From positions 18,586 through 82,585 of the IMG/VR virus record IMGVR_UViG_3300020718_000278: a stretch of 64,000 nucleotides of DNA. One strand, given 5' to 3'. Of this stretch, positions 9,906-22,700 are shown piece by piece. Positions within the stretch are counted from its first letter, which is position 1. Each line of letters opens with the position of its first letter. The notes beneath the pieces were generated by a model. The model was not told the DNA's origin. It ran no database searches and saw nothing but the letters and a program-made list of their open reading frames with translations. A program made the position numbers and the translations under genes. The DNA comes from a virus (Duplodnaviria > Caudoviricetes).

Positions 9906-10280
9906 ATGGCAACTTTTATTGGATTTAATACTATAGGACAAAATAAAAATTTTACAGCAGTAGATTTTGCCCTTATAAAAATAGACTTACTAAACGCTTT
10001 TAATATTAGACAAGGCGAATTAGTAGGACGTCCAAATTATGGCACATTAATTTGGAATTATCTGTTTGAAAATCAGTTGCCTGAAACAGAAACTGCTATT
10101 TACAACGAAATACAACGTGTTTGCGGCGGCGACCCCAGGATATATGTTGACAACATTTATTTGTACCCGCAAGAAAATGGCATATTAGTTGAAATTAAGC
10201 TGCAAACTGTAGCAACTACTGATGCACAACGGTTATCTATATTTTTTAATGAACAACAACGTAGTGCTAGTTATATTTAA
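9906..10280 (+). CDS. gp25: Baseplate wedge subunit gp25-like (sheath initiator)
   Basis: IKIDLLNAFNIRQGELVGRPNYGTLIWNYLFE...DPRI, 124 aa. Confidence 0.88.
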   Translation: MATFIGFNTIGQNKNFTAVDFALIKIDLLNAFNIRQGELVGRPNYGTLIWNYLFENQLPETETAIYNEIQRVCGGDPRIYVDNIYLYPQENGILVEIKLQTVATTDAQRLSIFFNEQQRSASYI

Positions 10281-10307
10281 TGGTTAAAATACCCAGTTTA
10301 TATCAGG

Positions 10308-10315
10308 CATAAATA
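10308..10315 (+). promoter_or_regulatory. Late promoter CATAAATA upstream of gp6
   Basis: One mismatch to TATAAATA, in the intergenic gap 20 nt before ATG 10336. Confidence 0.6.
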
Positions 10316-10335
10316 GTTATAACACTGGAAGAACC

Positions 10336-13300
10336 ATGGCTACTACAACAAGACAAACCGTACTATTTGGAGTTGAAGATTGGAAAAGAATCTATCAAAC
10401 TTATAGTCAGGGCGATTTTCAAAGTTATGATTTTGAAACGCTTCGTAAATCTTTTATAGATTATCTGCGCCAATATTACCCAGAAACTTTTAATGATTAC
10501 ATTGAATCTTCTGAATTTATAGCATTGCTTGATGTTATGGCTTTTATGGGTCAAGCATTGGCATTTCGATCAGACTTAAACACACGCGAAAATTATATTG
10601 ATACAGCAGAACGTCGTGATTCTGTAATTAAATTAGCAAATTTAATTTCGTATGCTCCTCAAAGAAATACAGAAGCATCAGGATATATTAAAGTATTGTC
10701 AGTATCCACAACAGAAAATGTAACTGATTATAATGGTGCGAATCTTGCTAATATTACTGTAAATTGGGCTGACCCCAGCAATTTTGATTGGCAAGAACAA
10801 TTTATTGCTATTATTAATGCCAGCTTAGTTAATACACAATCTATTGGGCATCCTGGAAACGATCAAGTAATTCTTGGAGTAGATACACAAGAATATACTG
10901 TTAATTTAGTTCCAGGTTATTTGCCGGTTATTCCTTATACAAGTCTTGTTAATGGTATTAGTATGCCATTTGAAGTGGTAAATGCCACATCTGCGGGAGA
11001 AACTTATATCTATGAACCTCCTCCGTTGCCTAATGGAAATTTTAATGTATTGTTCCGCAATGACCAATTAGGATATCAATCTGCCAACACAGGATTTTTC
11101 TTTTTGTTTAAGCAAGGTGTATTACAAAATCAAGATTTCAACTTAGTAGAGCAAGTTTCTAATCGTACTGTTAATATTAATATTGAAGGGGTTAATAACG
11201 AAGATGTTTGGTTATATCAGCTTGATAATGTGGGAGCAGTTCAACAAATATGGAAAAAAGTGTCTTCGGTATATACCGCGGCAGTCGAACAAAATTCACC
11301 CACGCTACAAAATGCCTATTCGGTAACCAGCCGCACTAATGATCAAATAACGTTAGTGTTTGGTGATAATGTGTTTGCAACTATTCCAGTGGGACAGTTT
11401 AGAACTTATGTTCGTGCTTCAAATGGATTACAATATATTATCAATCCAGAAGAAATGCAATCAGTTCAGATTCCCATTTCATATGTTAGTCGAAGTGGAA
11501 ATATAGAAACTATTACATTTACTTGCGGACTTACTAATCCTGTAACTAATGCTACTCCACGCGAAACAATTGATCAAATTAAAGAACGTGCTCCGGCTCG
11601 ATATTATACGCAAAATCGTATGGTTAATGGAGAAGACTATACTAATTTTCCGTTTACAACATATAACTCTATTTTAAAAAGTTCAGCAGTAAATCGTAGT
11701 TCTATAGGAACAAGTCGTTATCTTGATTTAGTTGATCCAACAGGAAAATATTCGTCAACAAATATATTTGGTGATGACGGAGCATTGTGGTATATAAACA
11801 CAACTCCTGCTTTTACATTTATATGGCAAACAACTAATGACATCAACAATGTTATTCTTAATGACATAACTCCTATTTTAATTCAGCAAACATTAAGACA
11901 ATTTTATTATGCTTATTTCCCGCGCCCATCATTAGCATCATTAAATTATTCTTGGCACGAAAGTACCACTATTGTTAATGAAACTACGGGATATTTTCAA
12001 AATAGTTTAGGAACTCCTGTTCCTATAGGACAAGGATATGCCAGTAATGCTGCTCAATATATTACTGAAGGTTCTTTGGTTAAATTTATTCCTCCTTCAG
12101 GTTATTACTTTGACTCTAACAATGAAATACAGCCGGGACTGCCAGTACATGATGGGGATCATTTAATTATTTGGGCTTCTCCTACAGCAGTAATCACTGA
12201 TGGCACCAACGGTGGCGCAGGAAATTTACCATCTGGGCTTGGCCCGGTAGTACTCAACACATATGTTCCTACAGGGGCAATAGCAGTAGAGGTTATACCA
12301 TTACTTGTAACTAGTTTTAGTACTGAGGTCAAAAAAACAATTTATAATCAAATATATTTAAAAGCTAATTTTGGTTTGGGATACGATAGTACAGGGGCAA
12401 TTACTGGTACTCCGTATTCATGGTATGTGATTACCGCCACTAATCTTAATGTAGGAGCCAGTTGGAGTCAGCAGTATGCTGGTAACACATCTGGATCTAA
12501 TCTTGACGCAAGTTGGTTAATTCAAGCAACATTTGACGGCAATCAATATACCATAGTTTCACGCAGTCTCGATTATTATTACGGAAGTGTATTAGAAGTT
12601 CGTTTCTTTTTTGATACTGCCCAAGCTATATATGACAGCCGTACTGGTACTGTGATTTCAGATTTTGTCAAAGTATTAAAAGTAAATAGTCAACCTAACA
12701 GCAATCAACCACTGTTGACTAATATATCACTTAAAATAATTGGTCAACCTGTACTTAGTGATGGATTAGTTGACGACTATCAAGTATTAGTAGGGTATGA
12801 AGATTTTAATAATGATGGTATTCCGGATGATCCTGATTTCTTTGTTGAAATTACAGGAATTTCGCCAAGCAATACTACATTTACAAGTACAACTCCATGG
12901 GTATTTTTTCAACTTACTACGGACTTTGACAATTTACAAAGATATCTTTTACAACCAGCAGGTTTGGTAGTGAGCATTTATCCAACATTGGCCGCTATTG
13001 AGCAAGTTAAAGAAGAATATGTGACTGGCCAAATATTTTATGCCTATCAAGAAAACACTTTTTATACATTAACATTAACACTTCAAGGTGCTAGAGCATT
13101 AACACTTACTTCTGGGTGGCAAGCACAAGTTGGAAGACAAAGTTTATATTTTCAATATAGACATAACAGCGCATTAAGCAATTTAATTGATCCCGGCAGT
13201 ACAAATATTATTGATTTGTATCTTGTTACATTGGAATATTATACAGCTTATGTGCAATGGATTCGGGATACTACAAATACTATATCAGAACCAATTCCTC

Positions 13301-13767
13301 CAACTATCGATGAATTAACAACAATTTATGCCGGATTACAAAACTATAAAATGATTAGTGATAATCTTATTCTTAATAGTGTAGAATTTCTTCCTTTATT
13401 TGGAAGCAAAGCTCCGGAAGCCCTTAGAGCAATTTTAAAAGTTATTCCGGCACCAAATACTAACGCTAGTAATAATCAGATACAAAATCTTGTATTAGCC
13501 ACTATGAATTCTTATTTTGATATTGCTAATTGGAATTTTGGAGATACTTTTTATTTTTCAGAGTTAGCATCATATATTCATTCCCAAATTGGAACTTATG
13601 TTGCTTCGGTAGTGTTAGTGCCACTCAATTCACAATTAAGTTTTGGCGCTTTGTATGAAATTCAATGTGCTCCAAATCAAATTTTTGTCAATGGTGCTGG
13701 TTTAAACGACATTGAAATTATTACAGCATTAACAAGTACTAATTTACAATCAGCCGGAGTATTTTAA
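10336..13767 (+). CDS. gp6: Baseplate wedge subunit gp6-like (baseplate J family)
   Basis: DFQSYDFETLRKSFIDYL...ESSEFIALLDVMAF...ENYIDTAERRDSVIKLA; RETIDQIKERAP..Y.TQNRMVNGEDY. Confidence 0.88.
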   Translation: MATTTRQTVLFGVEDWKRIYQTYSQGDFQSYDFETLRKSFIDYLRQYYPETFNDYIESSEFIALLDVMAFMGQALAFRSDLNTRENYIDTAERRDSVIKLANLISYAPQRNTEASGYIKVLSVSTTENVTDYNGANLANITVNWADPSNFDWQEQFIAIINASLVNTQSIGHPGNDQVILGVDTQEYTVNLVPGYLPVIPYTSLVNGISMPFEVVNATSAGETYIYEPPPLPNGNFNVLFRNDQLGYQSANTGFFFLFKQGVLQNQDFNLVEQVSNRTVNINIEGVNNEDVWLYQLDNVGAVQQIWKKVSSVYTAAVEQNSPTLQNAYSVTSRTNDQITLVFGDNVFATIPVGQFRTYVRASNGLQYIINPEEMQSVQIPISYVSRSGNIETITFTCGLTNPVTNATPRETIDQIKERAPARYYTQNRMVNGEDYTNFPFTTYNSILKSSAVNRSSIGTSRYLDLVDPTGKYSSTNIFGDDGALWYINTTPAFTFIWQTTNDINNVILNDITPILIQQTLRQFYYAYFPRPSLASLNYSWHESTTIVNETTGYFQNSLGTPVPIGQGYASNAAQYITEGSLVKFIPPSGYYFDSNNEIQPGLPVHDGDHLIIWASPTAVITDGTNGGAGNLPSGLGPVVLNTYVPTGAIAVEVIPLLVTSFSTEVKKTIYNQIYLKANFGLGYDSTGAITGTPYSWYVITATNLNVGASWSQQYAGNTSGSNLDASWLIQATFDGNQYTIVSRSLDYYYGSVLEVRFFFDTAQAIYDSRTGTVISDFVKVLKVNSQPNSNQPLLTNISLKIIGQPVLSDGLVDDYQVLVGYEDFNNDGIPDDPDFFVEITGISPSNTTFTSTTPWVFFQLTTDFDNLQRYLLQPAGLVVSIYPTLAAIEQVKEEYVTGQIFYAYQENTFYTLTLTLQGARALTLTSGWQAQVGRQSLYFQYRHNSALSNLIDPGSTNIIDLYLVTLEYYTAYVQWIRDTTNTISEPIPPTIDELTTIYAGLQNYKMISDNLILNSVEFLPLFGSKAPEALRAILKVIPAPNTNASNNQIQNLVLATMNSYFDIANWNFGDTFYFSELASYIHSQIGTYVASVVLVPLNSQLSFGALYEIQCAPNQIFVNGAGLNDIEIITALTSTNLQSAGVF

Positions 13768-16700
13768 TGGCCGCAATAGTTCGTTCTGTTGATTTTTTAC
13801 CAGAAATATTTCAAACTCCGGTAAACACTCAGTTTTTAAATGCCACATTAGACCAATTAATTCAAGAACCTCAATATAAACAAACTCAAGGTTATATAGG
13901 TCAAAAAGTTGGTCCCGGAGTTAATCCTACGGATTATTATGTGGTTGAACCAACTCCAAGCCGAACTAATTATCAACTTGAACCAGGGGTAGTTGTTATT
14001 GATCCAACTACAACTAAGGTAAGTGATGCTATAACTTATCCTGGAATGTTAGATGCAATAAGAACACAAGGTGGAATAATTGACCAGGCTGATAGATTAT
14101 TTGAAAGTGAATACTATTCTTGGGACCCATTTGTAGATTTTGATAAGTTTAATAACTATGCTCAATATTATTGGTTGCCTAATGGACCCGATGTTGTTAC
14201 GGTTTCAGCTACCGATATTCCTACGCAACAAACATTTACAGTCACACGAGCTAATGGTGCCTATACCTTTAGCGGATATGCTGGAAAAAATCCAACTCTT
14301 ACACTAGTAAGAAATGGAAATTATAATTTTAATATAGCACAAACTAATACAGATGCTGTTGACTATCGCGTTACAAATAACGGCACTAGATACTGGACTA
14401 TTGATTTTGAAAACAATCCTACGTTAACACTAATTCGTGGAAATACATATACTTGGAATTTAGTGCAAAATCTTCCATTGGCATTTTATATTAAAACTGA
14501 ATTATCCTTTGGGACTACAAACATATGGAGTGAGGGTGTTACTAATAACGGAGCCAAAGAAGGATTAATAACATTTACAGTACCGCAAGACGCTCCCAAC
14601 ACATTATATTATTGTAACGATATAGAATTTAATCTTCGCGGACAGTTAAATATTGTTGACGCTACCCCTGGCACTGGTCCAGATTTTTGGATTCAACGTG
14701 AACCTGGTATTAACGGTCGTCTTTCTTGGTCGCCTAACCTTTCTTCTAGAGATGTTCTTGGTGTAACTAATAATGGTATTGACCTTGGAACAGTATCATT
14801 TGCTGTTCCTGATAAATCGGCACAGAATTTTTATTATTCAATGCCTTTTATCAATTATCCTGCCATTAATACAGGACGAGTTAATCTTGTAATTCCTTCT
14901 ACGCTATTGTTTAATCAACTAAATGGTATTACAGTACAATCATTTTTAGAAACTTATCCTACTGGTATTGACGGTATTACAAATTTAAATGGGTATACTT
15001 GTATTTTTTCAACACAAACTTCTGATCCTGCGCCGGGTGGCTGGTATATAGAAACTCCTTTTTCTTCGGCTACAACTAACGGGCAAACAGGATCTTTTGA
15101 TAACATACCATTTAGTCAACAAATCCCAATTACTGATCCGGCTGTTCAATTTGGATTATGGCAAATACAGTACGTTCCAGACGCAAACGGAGTTGAATTT
15201 ATTCAACTCAATAGTATACTAAAAATTGATAATTTAACACAATTCAGTATAACTGCCGGTACAGAGTATGTGAATACACAATGGTACAAAAACTCTTCGG
15301 GTACGTTTCAAGAAATGCCGTTGCTTACTGCTGCGCTGCCTAACTTATATTATCAAGATAGTGAAGATCCAAAAATATTTGGAATAATTAATTTAATTGA
15401 TGAAAATTTAAATGCCACTATTAACATAGAAACAGATATTTTAGGGCAACTTAATTATACAAGTCCCAATGGCGTTGTATTTACAAATGGTCTTAAAATT
15501 ATATTTGAAGGTAATGTAATTCCTTCAGCTTATCAAGGTAATACCTATTATGTTCAAGGGGTTGGATCTGGGATCGTTTTAGTTCCTGAATTAAGTTTAA
15601 TTGTTCCTGAGCAATATGCCACAGAAATAAATGTCATTAATGTATATGATGCTTCGGGAAATGGAACAGAAGTAACTTTAACTTTTTTAGCACAACCTAC
15701 ACTTCCATTTACTCCTGGGCAGTTAGTTATTGTAAGTAAAATTGTATCGTCAATTGGAAATTATAATGGAATATACACAGTAACATCGGCAACTACATCT
15801 GCTGATAAATTATTTCAATCAATAACTTATGCTAGTACCGCTGCCGGCTCGTATATAAGTGGCGGAACAATAGATTCTTATGGTAATCAGCCAATTGCGC
15901 CTGATTATATAACGATTAATATGGCAAGCCAAGATTTAAATCCGTGGACTAGAAGTAATCGATGGTTTCACACAGAAGTTATCACGGCTGCTGCTGCTTA
16001 CAACAATACTGCGCCAGCTTATAGCACAGAAAGAGCAACACGCCCTATTTTAGAATTTAGAGCTAATACTAAATTATTTGATTTTGCCATACAAGGAATT
16101 CCCGCGGTTAATGTTATAGATTTTACACAAACAGATGCTTTGCTTAATGTTAATGGTCAAACTGGCTACGGAACAGACGGATATACATTAGTTCAAGGAA
16201 GTTTAATTATTTTTGCTGCTGATTTGAATCCTACAGTAAAAAATCAAATATATGAAGTAACATTTGTAGATGTAGATCCAACTATTTCGCTTACACCCGT
16301 TATTGTTTTAGTTCCAACAAGTTATAGTCCGGCACTACCTAATCAAGGTACTGTATGCATCAGTGGTAATACACAAAAAGGTCAAAGTTTTTATTTTACT
16401 GGCGTATCTTGGATAGCTTCACAGCAAAAAACATCTATTCAGCAACCTCCTCTTTTTGATATATTTGATAGCAACGGTTATAGTTTTGGAGATACGACCC
16501 AATATCCTAGTACTAACTTTACTGGCTGTAAATTATTGAGTTATGCTGAAAATCCTGATAACCCTATAGATAAAGTATTAGGAATTCCTCTATCATTTTT
16601 TAGCATTAACAATATTGGCGATACATTATTTAATAATAATTTTTATACAGATACCTTTATCTACACACCAGCAGGCGTTGGTATTACCATTGATGTTAGC

Positions 16701-19700
16701 AGCGGTTTCGTTTATCAATATAATAATTTAGTTAGTTTTACTCCAGAAATTGGTTGGCAAACGGCAGCCATACCATCATTACAACGTCAACAATTTCAAT
16801 TTAAATATTCAGGAAATCCTCTGCAGCTTGACGTTTTAGCGGCCACGGATTTAAACGTACCTGCTGTACAAATTTTTATCAACAATGTTTATCAATTACC
16901 ATCAACTTATGTATTATCAGTTAATAACGTAACGGGATTTACAACAATTACATTAACTGGTACAACATATAAACTTGATGATATAATTGAAGTTTTAGTT
17001 TATAGCTCTGACGTAAGTTCTATTGGATTTTATCAGATTCCTATTAATTTAGAAAATAATCCATTTAATGGAAACAGCAAACAGTTTACGCTGGGTGGCA
17101 TTAGACAGCATTATGCTACAATTTGCGAAAATTTATTGGCTTTACAAGGAAATATTAATGGTCCAAACAATACTCGAGATTTGGGCAACATTGTTCCTTA
17201 TGGAACACAAATAGTACAGCAATCATCCCCGCTTACACTTGGAGGATTTTTCCTGCGTTCCGCAAGTTATGATATTTTTTCTTCTATAGAGTACAATAGC
17301 AGAGAATATATAAAATATAAAAATAAATTACTAACAGCAGTCACGCAACTAGATATACAACCTTCTGAATCAATTAGTAGCATACTTGACGCTGCCATAC
17401 AAAAATTTACGTCAATTCTTACAAATTCTAATTCATTTTATTGGAGTGACATGTTGCCTGTTGGAACAAATTACACACCAACAACAACAATAGTCAACCC
17501 TATCACTACAAATATTTTTAATACATTACAAACGTATGATTTTACTACATCTAATTATCAAGGTTTATTAGTTTATGTTAATGGAGTATTGTTATTGCGT
17601 GGTAGTCAATACACAGTATCTACTATTGCTCCTAAATTAACAATATTAATTAAATTGAATGTAGGAGATGTAGTTGTCATTAATGAATATATCCCCGTTT
17701 TAACAACAACATCTGCTGGTACTACGTCTACCAACCCGGGCCCTAGTTGGTGTCCAAATACGCCAAGTAAAATGGGATTATATCCAGTATATCAACCTCA
17801 AATTTATCTTGATGACACATATTCTTCTCCAACTCTAGTAATACAAGGGCATGACGGAAGTACAACCATTGCATTTGGTGATATTCGTGACCAAGTATTA
17901 TTAGAATTTGAAAAACGCATATACAACAATATCAAAGTTGATGATAATCCAATTCCGTTGACAACAGACGAAGTTGATCCAAATTTTTATCCCGCACAAA
18001 CTACAGCATTGTTGCCAGGATTTTTTAGAACCACGCCTTACACATACGCAGAAGTCAATCAAATTATGAATGAAGACTTTTTAACTTGGGTAGGACAAAA
18101 TAAATTAGATTTTACCTCGCAAGATTATATTGCTTCAAATCCGTTTACTTATAATTATAGTCAAGCAGCCAATCGCATTAATCAAGAACCATTTCTTCAG
18201 GGCAACTGGCGCGGAATTTATCGTTATTTTTATGATACGGAAACTCCTAATTCAACTCCCTGGGAAATGGTAGGTTTTTCTCAGGAACCTAGTTGGTGGA
18301 TGCAACGTTATGGACCAGCTCCGTATACTTCAGGAAATACTGTTCTTTGGGATGATTTAGAAGCTGGTATTGTTGGCGATCCGTCTGGACCATATATTCT
18401 TCCTGAATATGTTCGCCCTGGATTAAGCAAAATTATTCCAGCAGGTAGTGAAGGAGAATTGTTATCACCACTTGATTGTGTGGTTGGGTTAAATGATCCT
18501 TACGGATTTCAAAAATCATGGACAGCAGGAGACGGTGGTCCAGTTCAAGCATCTTGGTGGAATTCTTCCTCATATCCATTTGCTATTATGAGATTATTGG
18601 CACTGACAAAACCAGCGCAATTTTTCTCTTTATTTGCTGATAGAGATTTGTATCGTTATAACACAACGCTTGGGCAGTATTTGTACAATAATCGATATAG
18701 GTTAAATGCTTCAGAAATACAAATATATGGTAATGGTGTTAGCAAAGCATCTTATATTAATTGGATTGTTGATTATAATAATCAACTTGGGATTGATAGT
18801 ACAACAACATTAACTGAAGCACTGGGAAATATAGACGTAAGATTATGCTATCGTATGGCAGCATTTTCGGATCCTGTATATGTTGCTTTAACTACAGATC
18901 GTGCCGGACCAAATTCAACTAATAATAGTTTATTAATACCCCCAACTAGTTATGATTTATTGTTTTATAAGAATCAACCGTTTAACAGCGTAACATATAG
19001 TTCAGTAATTGTACAAGTAGAAGAATTATCATCGGGCGGCATCGGATATTCTGTGTATGGTTACAGCAATGTGCAACCTTATTTTGAGGCATTGGCTAGC
19101 ATACCCGCTGGATCTTATCAAGTTATTTCAGCAGGTGGCACATCGGTTCAAGTTCCTATACAACGCACCAATAATGTTGTGCAAATTCCATATGGATATA
19201 CATTTACTAGCACGGCCAGCGTTTGTGATTTTCTATTAGGATACGGCGCTTGGTTAGTGAGTCAAGGTTTAATATTTGACAACATAGAAAATGGATATAC
19301 ATTGGATTGGAATCAAATGTGCCAAGAATTTTTATATTTTTCATCGCAGGGATGGACGCCTGGAACTATAGTTAATTTAAATCCTTGCGCTACAAAAATT
19401 ACAGCTAGCCAACCTATTTCTATTGTAGATACTATTGCTAGTGTTACTCCTGAAAATATGCTATTGGATCAAAATCGTAGTGTTTTAAATGTAAGCACAA
19501 TGATAGTTATTCGAGAAGGAAATCAATTTTCAGTTACTTCCACTAGTAAACAAACAATTAATTATTTAACATTGAAATATACTAATTATGAAGATATGAT
19601 AGTATTAAACAATACTAGTCAGTATCAAGATTTAATTTATGATCCGCTTACTGGATCTAGACAAGTACGATTAAGTCTAATAGCTTCAACTACTACTAAT

Positions 19701-22700
19701 TGGGACGGACAACTTAATGCCCAAGGTTTTATTTTAAATTTAAATAATGTAAAACAATGGCAACCAAATAAAACCTACGCAAAAGGTGAAATGGTTTTAT
19801 ATAAAAATACCTATTGGCAGGCATTGGTTATTTCACAACCACAACAAGCATTTAATTATAGTAATTGGGTAAAAAGTGATTATCAAAAAATTGATACTGG
19901 GCTATTACCTAATTTAGCTAACAAAGCCAATCAATTAACAACTGCCTATGATGTATATCAGGCCAATTTAACTAGTGATAATGATTTATTTGCTTTTGCT
20001 TTAATTGGATTCCGTCCTCGTCAATACATGACAGATATGAATTTGAACGGAGTGACTCAAGTTCAAATATATCAACAATTTCTTGGCACAAAAGGAACTT
20101 TACAAGCGGCAGAAATATTTAATAGTGCACAAATTAATAACAAAGAAAAAGGTGATTATCAAATATATGAAAATTGGGGAGTATTATCTGGTACATACGG
20201 GGCCCAAGCTAATAAAAGTTATTTTGAAATACAATTAAATCAATCTCTACTATCCTATAATCCTTCAACAATACAAATAATTAATCCAGGCCAATCAAGC
20301 CAAGCTAATCAAACTGTTTATTTAAATAATTTGTGGAAGGAAAGTTATAATATTACTTCCACTGATATATTACCTACAACTTATGAAAATAGTAGTTTAG
20401 CTGTGTCATTGCCTTCCGCCGGATATGTTTGTTTAGATGATGTTGATGTTACTGTTTTTAATATAGAAGATCCTTCTAGCATCGATGCTCAAATTAATAC
20501 TATAGGCATCGGTACTTACATATGGATAGCCAAAATAAACAGTTATGATTGGGGAGTGTATCGTGTAGCCGAAACACCAGGGCAGATGTTAACATTAACT
20601 GACAATCTCAATAATACGGCCATTGCTCAAATGACTCGTGCACATGGATTATCAATTGGTGATTTAATAATTATCAAATATTTTAATCAAGGAGTTAACG
20701 GAGTTTATAGAATATTGGCGATTCCTACTCCTACAAGTTTTACAATTTCTTTTAATTTTACAGTTTTAGGTATAAAATCGTTAACAGGTACTGGTTTGGT
20801 ATTCCATCTACAAAGCGCTCGCGTAAGTCAGGCCAGTGACATTTCAACTTTGCCATTCGTCAATAACTTATTAGAAGGCAGCATAGCTTGGGTAGATAAT
20901 GATGGAAATGGACATTGGAAAACTCTACAAAAACAAAGCCCATTTGTTATAAATCAAAGTATTATACCTGGAATAACCGCAGACGGGCAATACGGAGTTA
21001 GTATAGCACAGGTTGGAAAAAGTTTTGGGGCTATTGTGGGGGCGTCCGGGACAAATTCTGGTGCAGGCTCAGTTCTTACATATATCAGAGGAACATATAC
21101 AGATTATCTATACAGCGGAACCTTAACCCTTTTGACCCAAGGAACTGTTGGGTTTGGAAATATTGTAGAATTTGGCAACCAGAATTGGGCAGTTGCTGGG
21201 GCCAGCGCATCATATTCAAATATGGGATATGCCGCCGTAATTTATAGAAATTCAACTGATAGCTCGTATACTATTAATCAGTTGTTACTGCCACCAGATC
21301 AAAATTTTGGAGCTATTGGATTTGGTACGTCCGCTGTAATTAGCTCAGACGAAAGATGGATGTATGTCGGAGCTCCAAAAAATAATTTAGTGTATGCTTA
21401 TGAAAAAATTGATGTTGAAACTCAATCCGTAACTTATACTGGAGATAGTTCAACAACATTATTCAATTATTCTAATTACATACAAATTAATTATTTGTAT
21501 CCTGAACAATTAGTTGTCACATTTGAAAATGTTGAAATATCTCCCGCTGCTTACACGCTTACTCAACAATATGTTAATTTTAATCAAGCACCGGCAGCCG
21601 GACAAATTATAACAATTACTAGACGTTTAAAAATACAATTAGACCAATCGTATTATTACGCAATTCAGTCAAATTCTCAAACTGGGGCAGGAGTCGGGGC
21701 AGTTTTTACTGTTGAAAATACACGTGGTTCATACTTTGTTACTTTAAATTCAGGAGGATTAAATTATCAAATTGGTGATGTATTAACAATATACGGCACA
21801 CAAATTGGTGGAACCAATCCAGCTAATAATTTAACCATAACTGTAGTAAATGTAATTACTGACGGTCTAATAACTGCATTTACATCTTCCGGCAGTGGAC
21901 TTTATAATGTTAATTCTTTTTCTTTAAACACTTATTTGTACAATGCTACTACTATTAATAATTTTACAGTTAGTGTAAATGGTACATTACAACGGCCATA
22001 TCTTGATTATACTTTCAATACTGGCACTACAATTTTAGCATTTTTATTAGGATCATATCCCCCTAAAGGTGCTAAAATTATAGTATCTACTCCAACTTAT
22101 TGGCAATATGTAACAACAATCACTAATCCAGCATCGTTGAGTGGTGATAATTTTGGCGCAAGCGTATCAACAACTGGCGACGGAAGACAAATAGTCATAA
22201 CAGCTCCTAACTCTACTACAAATATGATAGTGGATTCTGGATCTGCCTATGTATTTGATCGAAGCGTAGCTCAATTTGTGGTTTCTGATCCGGCACAATT
22301 AACATACACAATTTCTGGAGCAATAAATCCTCCAATTGCAGTGAGTGTGAACAACATTTTTTTATCAACTACTGAACAATCAATTAGTGGACAATATACT
22401 TTAAATGGAAATAGTGTTATATTTTCTAATATAACATTTAATTACGGTGATATAATTGAAATTGAAACAAATCAAATAAATCAAATACAAGCATTGGCTA
22501 GTCATACACCTAGTTATGAAGCGCAATATGGTACTGTTGCCGAAATCGGACCTTTAGACAATAATCTTTTTGTTGGAGCGCCGTTTGATAGTACATATCT
22601 AGCACAATCTGGTTCAGTTGACTATTTAACTAACCAGTCTCGAGTATATGGAATAACCACTAGCACTATTGCAAATCCAATTTTAACTTCTGGCGGAACT